A DNA stretch of 64,000 nt from Candidatus Bathyarchaeota archaeon (GTDB lineage: Archaea > Thermoproteota > Bathyarchaeia > 40CM-2-53-6 > RBG-13-38-9), in contig CAWECG010000004.1 of assembly GCA_963807605.1 (NCBI GenBank), positions 640,001 to 704,000 on the forward strand. The letters are read 5' to 3'. Shown in pieces: positions 42,013 to 51,581 of the stretch; position 1 is the stretch's first letter; every line of letters begins with the position of its first letter. Made by a program: the position numbers and the translations under genes. The notes under the pieces are model-generated. The model was not told where the DNA came from. It saw nothing but the letters and a program-made list of their open reading frames with translations, and ran no database searches.

Positions 42013-42047
42013 GATAGATCTCTAGCGCGAAGTATTTCTCTCGATTC

Positions 42048-42105
42048 ATTTACACGCCGGCGCGTAAATGTGTAGTTCACATACGGTTCTGGATTTTTCG
42101 GGAAA
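42048..42105 (-). pseudogene. Short 3' fragment of the PIG-L-like gene
   Basis: FPEKSRTVCELHIYAP in one frame, FPKNPEPYVNYTFTR in the homologous frame; begins after GCGCGCGC 42106-42113. Confidence 0.8.
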
Positions 42106-42168
42106 GCGCGCGCTAGACTCCAAAAAACACAGCAGCATCTGTTTGCTCACGTAATACTAGCAGGGAAT

Positions 42169-43374
42169 TCACTTCTCACCTAAGATATTATTATATAAGT
42201 CTTCGAGCAAAGAGGTGGTTCTTTCTGCTGAATATCTGTCTTTTACAAAAACGCGGCCTGCATTACCCATTATCTCGGCCTCTTCTGGGGAGTCGATCAT
42301 CTGAGCCATTTTCTTCGCAAGATCCAAAGCATTTCCAGCGTCAAACAAGAAGCCCGTCTTCTGGTCCAAGACAATTTCAGAGATTGAATCTATGTTCGAG
42401 GCTATAACAGGCTTAGAACATGCGAAAGCCTCTAGTAACGTGATCCCGAAACTTTCATACACCGAAGGCAATATGTAGACTTCTGAATCCACGTAGACTT
42501 CGAGTTTATTTCTATCATAGAGAGGCCCAGTCAGAATGATATAGTCTCGCATTCCCTTTTTCTCAATCAACAATTCCATATCGTGAAGGTAGCCATCGTC
42601 AGGTCCGACTACAGCAAGTAACACATCGTCAAAGTTTAATTGCCTCACCAGCATCGAGAATGCCTTAATTAGACAGTCAAGTCCTTTGATTTTGTGAATT
42701 CTTCCCAGATAGAGTAATATCTTCTTGTCTCCGTTTATTCCATATTTCCTCTTAAACTCCCCTTTCTGTGGCAGACGAGAATATTCCGACATATTTATGC
42801 CATTAGGAATAATCGATATATTCGTACTAGGCACCCCAAAGCCTTCACACCGTCGAGACTCCATTCGGCTAGCGGCAACAATCCTAGATGCGTTAGCTAA
42901 GAGGTTGTTTCCAAAAAAGAGATCATAGGCTAACTTCCGTCCCTCCTTTGCAACAAATCTTGGAATAGCACCGTGAGCCTGTAGGACATACGGTATATCA
43001 TGAATCCGAGAAAAATAGCCTACCGCGATGTCATGTAGTTGTCTCCCAAAATGTAAATGGACTATATCGAACTTTTGAACTTCTGTACGTAGCGCACGAA
43101 TTAATTCAGGTGCAATAAAAACATTGTCGAAACGCAGGACATTCGAAAAATACTTGACCCTAAAGCCATCCACCATTTCCTCTTTTCCTTCAATCCGGAA
43201 GTTTTTTTTCTGATCAAGGGCATTAGTAGCATAGACTTCAACATCATGTCCGCGCCTAGCCAACATCTTGGATGTTTCATACGCTATCGCCACGGGGCCA
43301 CCGAAAGCCATAGCAGGGCAGAACCAAGGGATAACCTGAAGAATTTTCATCCTTGAATATGTTGTACGACTCAT
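42169..43374 (-). CDS. Glycosyltransferase family 4
   Basis: FGGP, YLGRIHKIKG, ESFGITLLEA; paralog of 58782-60023. Confidence 0.93.
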   Translation of the reverse strand: MSRTTYSRMKILQVIPWFCPAMAFGGPVAIAYETSKMLARRGHDVEVYATNALDQKKNFRIEGKEEMVDGFRVKYFSNVLRFDNVFIAPELIRALRTEVQKFDIVHLHFGRQLHDIAVGYFSRIHDIPYVLQAHGAIPRFVAKEGRKLAYDLFFGNNLLANASRIVAASRMESRRCEGFGVPSTNISIIPNGINMSEYSRLPQKGEFKRKYGINGDKKILLYLGRIHKIKGLDCLIKAFSMLVRQLNFDDVLLAVVGPDDGYLHDMELLIEKKGMRDYIILTGPLYDRNKLEVYVDSEVYILPSVYESFGITLLEAFACSKPVIASNIDSISEIVLDQKTGFLFDAGNALDLAKKMAQMIDSPEEAEIMGNAGRVFVKDRYSAERTTSLLEDLYNNILGEK

Positions 43375-43410
43375 TCTTAACTATGTTGCATAGTGTTCAG
43401 GTCAGTGCAA

Positions 43411-44140
43411 TCAGATACGACTCATGCTACCGAGAGTGACAATCTTAGGGCTAAGCAGGCGGGCATAAGATTCTAGAGAGTGAGTAGGTGAGTATTCTTC
43501 AGATATTGCTTTCTCAAACATACCAGGCATTTTACTCATTATTTTAAACGTGATTATGTCGCTCAACAATTCCATTGCTTGTTTCATAGGGTTATTCATA
43601 CCAACATCATCTCCACTACCTCCTGCTACACGACTCATCACGAAATTGAGTTGCCAGGAGTCATGTTAAAATGCTTAGCCAGTAGCTGCATCCCAAGATG
43701 GTCAGCAGCCTTCTGCTCTAACTGGCTAGTAAGAGGGAGAGGCTGTTGAGGAGTTGCTCTAGAGTCACTCTGGCTACGTTGTGGTTCACCCTTGAGCTTA
43801 GCAATCTCCGCCTTATAGTCATCCAGTAGTTCTCCTCCCTCCACCTGCAGATGCTTTTGCAGTTTTTGGAGGAATCGCATTCTGCCTTAGTGTAACTTGT
43901 AGGATCTCAGCTCTCTAGTAGGAGTTTCCGGTTTATCTTCAATTGGAGGTGGTTTGTTAGCTTCCTCTTCTTCAAGTTCTTTCTTGACTTGGGAGACATA
44001 ATTCGGCGTAGTCTTAAGAATAGTAGCTATCTCCCCGGTGCCATATTATTGAGTTTGGAGAAGTCGAACAATGGCTTCTCGCTGGGTTATTTTGCCAAGT
44101 TTTTCTTTCTCAGACAGGTTGTCATTTCTTAATACCATGT
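43411..44140 (-). pseudogene. Decayed non-glycan gene(s): HTH-like N-terminus plus coiled/low-complexity region
   Basis: QREAIVRLLQTQ*YGTGEIATILKTTPNYVSQVKKEL HTH-like with an in-frame stop; fragments downstream. Confidence 0.45.
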
Positions 44141-44377
44141 GAGCTTGTGAGCGTAGATAAGGTTTACGTAATTTTACAGGATTTCACACGAGCGCACGCG
44201 CTCTTCGAGATACCTTTTCCGTCGTAGTGTCTCAACAACTTCCTCGAAGACGGCGATATAGTTGAATCATTCCTTATGATCGGTGAGGCACAAATAAGTA
44301 CTCATTGCTGTAGGCCCGGGTTACAGTTATTTAATAAACGTCATACTTGCATAGCTTCTTTGGGATAGTGGCTTAGC

Positions 44378-45901
44378 TTGCAAACGACAGCAAGTGTAAA
44401 AGTTGCAAGAGGGGCCACATACCTTCTTCTGCAAGATGTTGTATCGAATCTTTTAATGGTAATGTATTTTGCATTTGCAGCCAGACTTTTGCCGACCACA
44501 GGAGACCTTGGTGTGGTCACAGCGTTAAGCCTGCTTTCTTCTCTAGTCGCCACATTCAGTTCTTTAGCAATTCCCTCAGCGTTGACAAAGTACGTCTCCG
44601 AATACAAAGGCAAGGGGCGAATGGATGTTGCAAAGGGCATTTCCAAGATTGGTTGTGGCGTCGGGATCGTGATAGCATTACTTTTCTCCTCGATCTCTTT
44701 TGTGGCTTCTCCTTTTCTATCGGTATTCCTGCTTGGGAGTCCGTCAAAGACTTATTTCATACAGTTATTGGCTATTGATATCTTTCCAGCGGTATTGATC
44801 GCGTTTCTAGGCGGCATTATTTATGGTCTGCAGGACTTCAGAAAGTATTGCTTATTAAACATACCCTCTATATTCACGAGATTTGGGTTCGTAGTTTTCT
44901 TTCTCTCCAAAGGAATGGGGATTATTGGAATTTTGATCGGTTGGATAATTGGAGACTATCTTTTTCTAACTTTGGTTAGCCTTTTGACCTACACAACGTT
45001 TAAGGAAATCAGTAGCACCAAGTTTGCCCTGAAATCATTGGCGCATTATTCAGCGCCTCTCTACGGCTGGGGAATACTGAGTTATTTCTCTCAAACGATC
45101 GACAGGTATATGATTCTAGGCTTGGCAGGAACCTCAGTTCTTGGGGTATACAGTGTAGCAGCCACGGCTGCTGGAGCCGCAGGTATAGTCTCTGGGGCAT
45201 TGAGCAATGCATTATTTCCTCAACTTACCGAGATGTATGCCCGTCAAGGGAAGAACGAATTGAAGAATGCTTGCAAAGCTGCATCTCGGTACCTAAGTCT
45301 AATTTATATTCCGTTAGCGTTTGGGTTGGCTGTAACAGCGATCCCGACCCTTTCTTTACTAGCCGGTGACCGTTATGCTATAGGAGCCCCTGCATTGGCC
45401 ATTATTGCTATAGCTTCAGCAGCCACCTGTTTAAGCACGGTGTTTAATAATGCACTTATGTCTCTTGGAGAGACTCGAATATTCCCCATCGCCGGTCTTG
45501 CAGCGATCATCACAAATGGCTTATTCTGTTTTCTATTGATTGGAAATCTTGGCAGTGTCGGGGCGGCTATTGCAAGGGCCTCACTGATCATAGTGTTGTT
45601 CACGATTCCTGCTCTTAGATTAAGGGGCATTATGGGCTTGGGTGTCGACTTCAAAGCCTATCTAAATTCCCTTATTGCTTCTGTCGCAATGGTTTCCGTA
45701 GTCTTTTTCACGGAGTTGATTGTAGCCAGCAAATATGGCTTGCCGCTTTATGTCCTCCTAGGTGCAGCTGTCTACGTCTTGACGCTTAGGCTCTTGAAGG
45801 CTCTAAATCAGAATGACATAGCGCTCATAGGACAGTATCTTCCATTCAATACAAAGAAACTCGGCTTTCTAGTAAGAATTCTAGTTTCGAAAGACCGCTA
45901 A
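44378..45901 (+). CDS. Oligosaccharide flippase (Wzx/MOP superfamily)
   Basis: About 14 TMs; IDRYMI...LGVYSVA...LFPQL. Confidence 0.9.
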   Translation: MQTTASVKVARGATYLLLQDVVSNLLMVMYFAFAARLLPTTGDLGVVTALSLLSSLVATFSSLAIPSALTKYVSEYKGKGRMDVAKGISKIGCGVGIVIALLFSSISFVASPFLSVFLLGSPSKTYFIQLLAIDIFPAVLIAFLGGIIYGLQDFRKYCLLNIPSIFTRFGFVVFFLSKGMGIIGILIGWIIGDYLFLTLVSLLTYTTFKEISSTKFALKSLAHYSAPLYGWGILSYFSQTIDRYMILGLAGTSVLGVYSVAATAAGAAGIVSGALSNALFPQLTEMYARQGKNELKNACKAASRYLSLIYIPLAFGLAVTAIPTLSLLAGDRYAIGAPALAIIAIASAATCLSTVFNNALMSLGETRIFPIAGLAAIITNGLFCFLLIGNLGSVGAAIARASLIIVLFTIPALRLRGIMGLGVDFKAYLNSLIASVAMVSVVFFTELIVASKYGLPLYVLLGAAVYVLTLRLLKALNQNDIALIGQYLPFNTKKLGFLVRILVSKDR

Positions 45902-46704
45902 TTTGAATAAATGTTTTTGATGGTTACGGAAGCTCAAATGACTGAGATCTCTCGATAAGTCATCGACATAAACAAAAGCGCGCCCCCTGACAACGAGTAC
46001 GGACACTGCACTAATCCAAAGAGTTTAGAGCTGGTATGCGCTGCATGCTTTAGCGCGCGCAGATTCCTCCTAGTCCAAACGGTCAAAAGAGGTTTTCATT
46101 CAATCGCATGCCAAACATACTCATCCATGAACAAAGATGGAAGAGGGACCTTCACATAGGCGCGCTCATCGATTGTTGCACATACTTTTTGTCCTTGAAA
46201 CTGTAGCCAGCTATCCGTAAGATTTTCTCCTAAATATGATAGGGAAAGTGGTGGTGTATCCCTCGGTAGGCTCTCATACCGAATCCAACGGTTCAATTTC
46301 AGGTACGTGCACGCGACCTATGGCATCGTTGTCATATCTCTTGGTGAGAGCATTCTAATTTGAATCACTAGGTTTCATTCTTTTGGTTGCAGTGGTGTCA
46401 TACATGATGAGAGCATCAAGATTTGAACAACTAAAATTCCTGATCCCAGCGTACTCATCTGGGCTTCTTGATAATAAAACCATGAACTTGGCGCAGGATA
46501 GCAGATTGAGGGTCCTATAATACACCCCACCCAAAGCCTCGCCGGAAAAATGTGTATGAACGACTTCACTAGTTGTTCCGATACTATCACTGGTAAATTG
46601 AACCCGCGCAACTCCGCCTCCCCGCGCAGTTACTGTAATGTTTCTTAGTCCAGCGATTTTGCAAAAAGTCACGTTTGTTCCAACAAACATACAACACATG
46701 ATCG

Positions 46705-47634
46705 CTAATCCTTCTTCCTCAGACCGTCAACAAAATCAAGAATCTCCTCATCAACATTATTGTCAAATTTCCTAGCGAATAGTTTCGACGCGCGAGCGTG
46801 CATCAAATTGTCCGCGTCATCCATCGTCAGTGTCGCAGCACCATGTCTCCCTTTCTTTCCACTCCAATCTGCATACCATAGATCGTCATCAACCACACTA
46901 CTCTTCAGGGGAGAATTCATTATTATAGTTTGAAAAAAGTGTTCATCAGGCGCCCAGACACGTCTAAAAAATCCTACAATATCCGGCATTTCTTTTATAA
47001 ACTCCAAAATATAATCTACATGTTTCCTGCTTATACAGTTCCAACCAGAACCGCCGTAAGCATCAAGCTGATACGGTAAACGTCCATGAATCCTAGGGAT
47101 TCTAATGAACAGGTAACCGCCATAAATACTCCTTCCAAATGCCCGCGCAACAAAGTCAATTAAACCAAAGGAGGGAACTCTATAATATGAGTAAAGCAAC
47201 CGCGAGGAGGCTTCCGGCCATCCCTCAGGTATCCTAGCTACACGTATATAACTGGCGTCTCTCTTATCAAAAAAGCGCTTAATATACTCAGCAGATCTTA
47301 GCGGATAGCACTGCCCGCTCAAATTGATGAGGTAATCGTAGGCTCTTATGGAAAAATACCGTATAGCATCTAGAAAACCATTTACTAGCTCAAACGTAGC
47401 ATATACATTTCTGTATTTGTAATTGATACAAAAATTTTCACTACAATAGTCCTTAAGCTTCTCCCTCCAAATTTCTTCTTCTAGCCTAGAACTTATCCCA
47501 AATATATTCACGTAAAACAAATCAGATGGGGAATAAATACTTTTCAGAAGTCTTCGGACTTGGCTCGGATTCTTATGCGCACTGATGCAATATGCAATCA
47601 CTACCAACGGGTAAAGCCCAGCCAGAGTATGCAT
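46705..47634 (-). CDS. GT14 beta-1,6-GlcNAc-transferase/xylosyltransferase-like (Core-2/I-branching) protein
   Basis: IAYCISAHK, INLSGQCYPL, GGSGW, PDEHFFQT, LFARKF. Confidence 0.88.
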   Translation of the reverse strand: MHTLAGLYPLVVIAYCISAHKNPSQVRRLLKSIYSPSDLFYVNIFGISSRLEEEIWREKLKDYCSENFCINYKYRNVYATFELVNGFLDAIRYFSIRAYDYLINLSGQCYPLRSAEYIKRFFDKRDASYIRVARIPEGWPEASSRLLYSYYRVPSFGLIDFVARAFGRSIYGGYLFIRIPRIHGRLPYQLDAYGGSGWNCISRKHVDYILEFIKEMPDIVGFFRRVWAPDEHFFQTIIMNSPLKSSVVDDDLWYADWSGKKGRHGAATLTMDDADNLMHARASKLFARKFDNNVDEEILDFVDGLRKKD

Positions 47635-47836
47635 AAGTTAATTACTTCGTTTGCCCTTAAGTTTTCTTGAGTGTCCTTATTGCCTAATGTTACCAACTTA
47701 GAAGTAGCTTTTCCAAGCATAAGCTAAGTTCTCCACGTATGAACTGGTCGCTAGGCTATTTTAAGTACAAATAAAGCATCTACTAGAAGGAGAATCGCGC
47801 GCTTATTGGTGTGTGCCATAGCTAGTGAGCGCAAAT

Positions 47837-49285
47837 CTAGGCGATTGTCGCTTGCCAATCAAAGTAAATATCTGATGTGTGACTGGAATCTATCGAGATC
47901 GTGAAAGTGCTTGACCCTTTAGCGCTAACCCAGTATCGTTTTCCTCCGCTATCGTTAGTCGGTGTAAGGTAAACACCGGTTGGACCCGCTGATAAGCCGT
48001 GAGTAACATCCACAGTAGTATTCCCATGAATTAGGGTTGCTTTGCCAGAGTTCTCCACAACATAACCTTCGTCTCCCCATTCTATTCTTGCGTAAGCGCC
48101 GTTTAATTCGACTTTGGTGTTGACTGATCCATAGGTATTGCCCATTAGCACAGTCTCGGAGGCAGTCTTTATTGCTGTTACACAGTTGCCGAATTGGTTC
48201 TGCGTTAGAAGGGCATGCTTATTCTCCCCATCCTCTGGGTCATGAAATTTTATAGCAATTCCGTCGCCCTCTACTACTTCACTGAATACTCCGTTTGTCA
48301 CCTGAAGGGAGTAAGGTTTGACATCCAAGGCCCCTTTTCCCAATATTGTTTCAAACTGTGGACAAATCATCACTAGCTGCATGGGTTTCCCATCAGAGTC
48401 AGCAAGAAAACCATACTCTGTCGTTTGCATTATTTTCGGGTTAATCCATGTCTCACAAGTAGTATTTCCATTATTATACCATACGCCACGCTTACAGTAA
48501 CCAATGGTAAGATAATAGTAGACATTGTGACTGCCTTGCCATTTCGTAGAAGTATATTGGTATCCTGTCCCAAAATAGGCAATCGATAAGTGCATTATTC
48601 GACATCCTATAGCGTCTTCAAGACGAAAACCCACAAAGTCTTCATTAGTCTGGACATCGGTCTGGGTACTCCTTACCACAAGATCTTCAAAAACAACTGC
48701 GCCCTGGAAATTTTTATCTGTTTGTATCTCATGTACATAAATTAAACTACCGCTTTCAACTTCGCCAGTATACAGAAACTTCACGTTCTTGATCTGTACA
48801 TCGTTCAGAATGTCTTCCTCCTCGCCATCCATACCATTTCCAGCAATTTCCAAGATTGGTAGAATTGATCCTTGAAGAACCGTTCCTGATTCGGCTTCCC
48901 ATTGGACGTGTCTCTTATCGATAAGCAATTTGTCTGTAATCGTGTAGGTTTCTTTTCGAAAAAAGATTTTTCCTCCACCCGCACGCTCAATATCATCTTC
49001 GGCGGATTGAATTACGGTGCCGGCATCTGGTCCTTCATAAGCTGTCAATCCACTGTCAGGAGCCGGAATCGCATAGACTACTGTACCAACTTTCTCGATA
49101 ATGTAGCTTGCTGTTTGAGCGCTCTTTATCTTGTCGGCAACATTGTTGTCATTCGTCTTCCCTTTGAATAGTGATGTAAGCGTGTTCTCGTTTAAGAGGC
49201 CGACCAAAGTTGCGATGGCACCGACCGCTCCGAGTGCAGTAATTTTATTGACAAACTTTCTCCGGTCAGAAGATTCATTCTGCAA
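47837..49285 (-). CDS. Tat-exported right-handed beta-helix (pectate-lyase/tailspike-like) protein
   Basis: SDRRKFV twin-arginine signal; IQSA..GGGKIFF..TY; beta-helix repeats. Confidence 0.75.
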   Translation of the reverse strand: MQNESSDRRKFVNKITALGAVGAIATLVGLLNENTLTSLFKGKTNDNNVADKIKSAQTASYIIEKVGTVVYAIPAPDSGLTAYEGPDAGTVIQSAEDDIERAGGGKIFFRKETYTITDKLLIDKRHVQWEAESGTVLQGSILPILEIAGNGMDGEEEDILNDVQIKNVKFLYTGEVESGSLIYVHEIQTDKNFQGAVVFEDLVVRSTQTDVQTNEDFVGFRLEDAIGCRIMHLSIAYFGTGYQYTSTKWQGSHNVYYYLTIGYCKRGVWYNNGNTTCETWINPKIMQTTEYGFLADSDGKPMQLVMICPQFETILGKGALDVKPYSLQVTNGVFSEVVEGDGIAIKFHDPEDGENKHALLTQNQFGNCVTAIKTASETVLMGNTYGSVNTKVELNGAYARIEWGDEGYVVENSGKATLIHGNTTVDVTHGLSAGPTGVYLTPTNDSGGKRYWVSAKGSSTFTISIDSSHTSDIYFDWQATIA

Positions 49286-49680
49286 ATCGTATCACTTCAA
49301 CCACGTCACTCCGTAAAGTCGGCTGAAATACTTCAATCTTTTCTCGTTGTATATTGAATAAGCATGCGCTACTGAACACGAAATCAAATCTCTTGCTTCC
49401 TATTTCGCTGATGTGAAGGAACCTGCACTCTGGATACCTCTTCTGCGCGCTGGTGATGGCAATTCTACTTATATCCGCACTGCAGACTTCCCAACCAGGT
49501 AATGCGTGTTTGAGAACCCCGGTGAATACGTTTTCGCATCCAAAATCAAGAGCTCCACCCACTTCATCCAGATCAAGTTCTCTGATGAGCTGATACACCC
49601 GTTTCCGCTTCTCAGGTGGCCACTCTTCCATGTATCCCCTGACACATCTATCCTCGTAGTACCCTGAGCCTACGTACCTG
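49275..49680 (-). pseudogene. Methyltransferase fragment
   Basis: ALDFGC-ENVFT, ADISRIAI, FDFVFS, then loss of homology. Confidence 0.6.
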
Positions 49681-49789
49681 TTTCAGAGCTGTCGCGTCGC
49701 TGTTGAAGTATAGTCTCTACACATCTATCAGTTTAGTATCCCGGCAAACATCGTTTTCGTCAATGCACTTGTCTTGAGGACCGGCCTCT

Positions 49790-50121
49790 AGCGCGCTTTG
49801 ATGAACTTCCAAGGCTCCAATGGATCCTCTGCAACAGCTATATTCACTGCCAGATTTTTCGTCCATCAAGAAGGCAAATACGATCCAGTACTTGTTCTCC
49901 GCTTTAAATAGAGCTGGAGTAATTGATTGTTTGCCGATCGAAACCAAAGGATTTCCCGAGTTTTTTACGAAGTAAAACCCATCCAGACCCGTAGCTACCC
50001 CTATTGACATATAAGCTCTGTCCGATTCAATATCTGACGAACCTACATAGTAGAGGTAGTAACTGCTTTCTTCGGGATCCTTGAACATATCCGAGCACCT
50101 ACTTCTTAGCGCTGGAAACAT
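49790..50121 (-). pseudogene. Beta-propeller glycoside-hydrolase-like fragment
   Basis: YYLYYVG..SIGVATGLDG..FVKNSGNPLV; ends near AGCGCGC (~49790). Confidence 0.5.
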
Positions 50122-50160
50122 CGCACGAGGAAACGTGTTGAAGTGGGCTGGACAGCTAAT

Positions 50161-51447
50161 TCAGAGAAGGGTAATCAAACCAAGAGCGCCCCACCACGAG
50201 AGGTTTAACAAAACCAAAGCTACCAAAACGCCGGAATACTTTCGGGTAGAATAAGAGACGGTTGTGGCAAAAAAGATTGGAAGTACCTGTATGAGGCGTC
50301 TAGTCACCGGAAGAAAAGGCACTAGTGTTAAGAAAGTGAGTATTATAGCCAAGAGGGAGAAGAGAGTAACCTCGCTTTTTTCCCTAGAGCGCAAGAATCT
50401 GTAGGCTAAGACTGCCACGATAAGATATGGCGACCACCCCAAAACCAAAAGCAGATCCCACAGTAGCGTCCTTGAATAAACGAATGTTAGGGAGCTCCTA
50501 CCAAAAAAGACATCCCACAATTGGAAAGAGACCTTTGGCATAAACACTATCATAAAAAAAAGATACATAAAGAATAACGAAACCGCTAATACTAGTGGAA
50601 AATACTTTCTTGCAGAGCACTTCTTATGGGTTATTAGAAAGCTTATCGCGACGATATAGATAATCAGTAATAAAAAGGCTGGAGGATACTTTGTCACCAA
50701 CAATAAATAGAAGAATGTGCTCGAAAGCAAAAAAAATACTCTTCTTCCCTTACTCACTGCCTTAACTAAGAAAAAAAAGGCTACTGTGAACAAAAGCGTG
50801 GACAGACCATCAAAAACGTAAAGGTAAGCATCGCTTTGGAAAAGCGACGAGACCGACAGAGATAAAGCCGTAAGTGCTGCGACTTTCCGGTTAACGCCAT
50901 ACTCCCTAACCAAGAAATAGGTAACCACAGGCACCAGGGAGGATATCATTGAAACAAAGATCCTCGCCGAGTACAAAGAAAAATCGGAGTAACGCACCAG
51001 AGTAACAGTCAATAAATAGGGAAACATGGGATTGATATCGTACTGCGCAAGCCTTACTAGAGAGCCGTAATCTCCACTTCCCAAGGCTCTATAGATCATG
51101 TTTGTGTAGTTAAGATGAAACAGCTCGTCATACGTCACAGATGGCCAACCTTGTTTGGCCCTCAATATCAATACAGCTAAGGTTGACAGGAACAGTAAGA
51201 GCGTTATTAGCACATCAAACCGGGAGTTAGAGTTTTTCACGTTCGAAGTTAAGGATCTTGTATGAGTCTCCTTTTTGAAAAACATGGCTAAGACAAAGGC
51301 TGGAATTGCTGCCGCCATCAATGTTTGACTAAAATCAAGGCCAGTCAACGACTTTATTGGGTCATAGATCAGTGTAGAAGTCAATAAGAAGAGTATGGAA
51401 AGATAGGCAACAATGAACCTCTCGAGATTCTTGTTTCCCACAATCAT
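50161..51447 (-). CDS. GT-C membrane glycosyltransferase (ArnT/PMT-like)
   Basis: YDELFH loop, P-x-F-P, TKY; multi-TM. Confidence 0.75.
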   Translation of the reverse strand: MIVGNKNLERFIVAYLSILFLLTSTLIYDPIKSLTGLDFSQTLMAAAIPAFVLAMFFKKETHTRSLTSNVKNSNSRFDVLITLLLFLSTLAVLILRAKQGWPSVTYDELFHLNYTNMIYRALGSGDYGSLVRLAQYDINPMFPYLLTVTLVRYSDFSLYSARIFVSMISSLVPVVTYFLVREYGVNRKVAALTALSLSVSSLFQSDAYLYVFDGLSTLLFTVAFFFLVKAVSKGRRVFFLLSSTFFYLLLVTKYPPAFLLLIIYIVAISFLITHKKCSARKYFPLVLAVSLFFMYLFFMIVFMPKVSFQLWDVFFGRSSLTFVYSRTLLWDLLLVLGWSPYLIVAVLAYRFLRSREKSEVTLFSLLAIILTFLTLVPFLPVTRRLIQVLPIFFATTVSYSTRKYSGVLVALVLLNLSWWGALGLITLL

Positions 51448-51581
51448 CCTTCAAAGCCTCCTAGTCGTCCACCTGTAAGTATTAGTCTCGGTGTAGTCGG
51501 CGATGTATTCCTTGCAATACGATAAGAGCGGACTATTGCTTTCTTAGGATTCGTCCTCACTATTTCTTGAAGCAAACAAGG

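Noticed and set aside
26015-42113. Duplicated fragments as a diversity-generating retroelement or simple assembly duplicates
   Set aside because: No reverse transcriptase, differences are not adenine-specific, and copies are too diverged to be the same molecule assembled twice.
46096-46699. Short ORFs between the flippase and GT14
   Set aside because: Likely gene scraps; family cannot be assigned from sequence alone.
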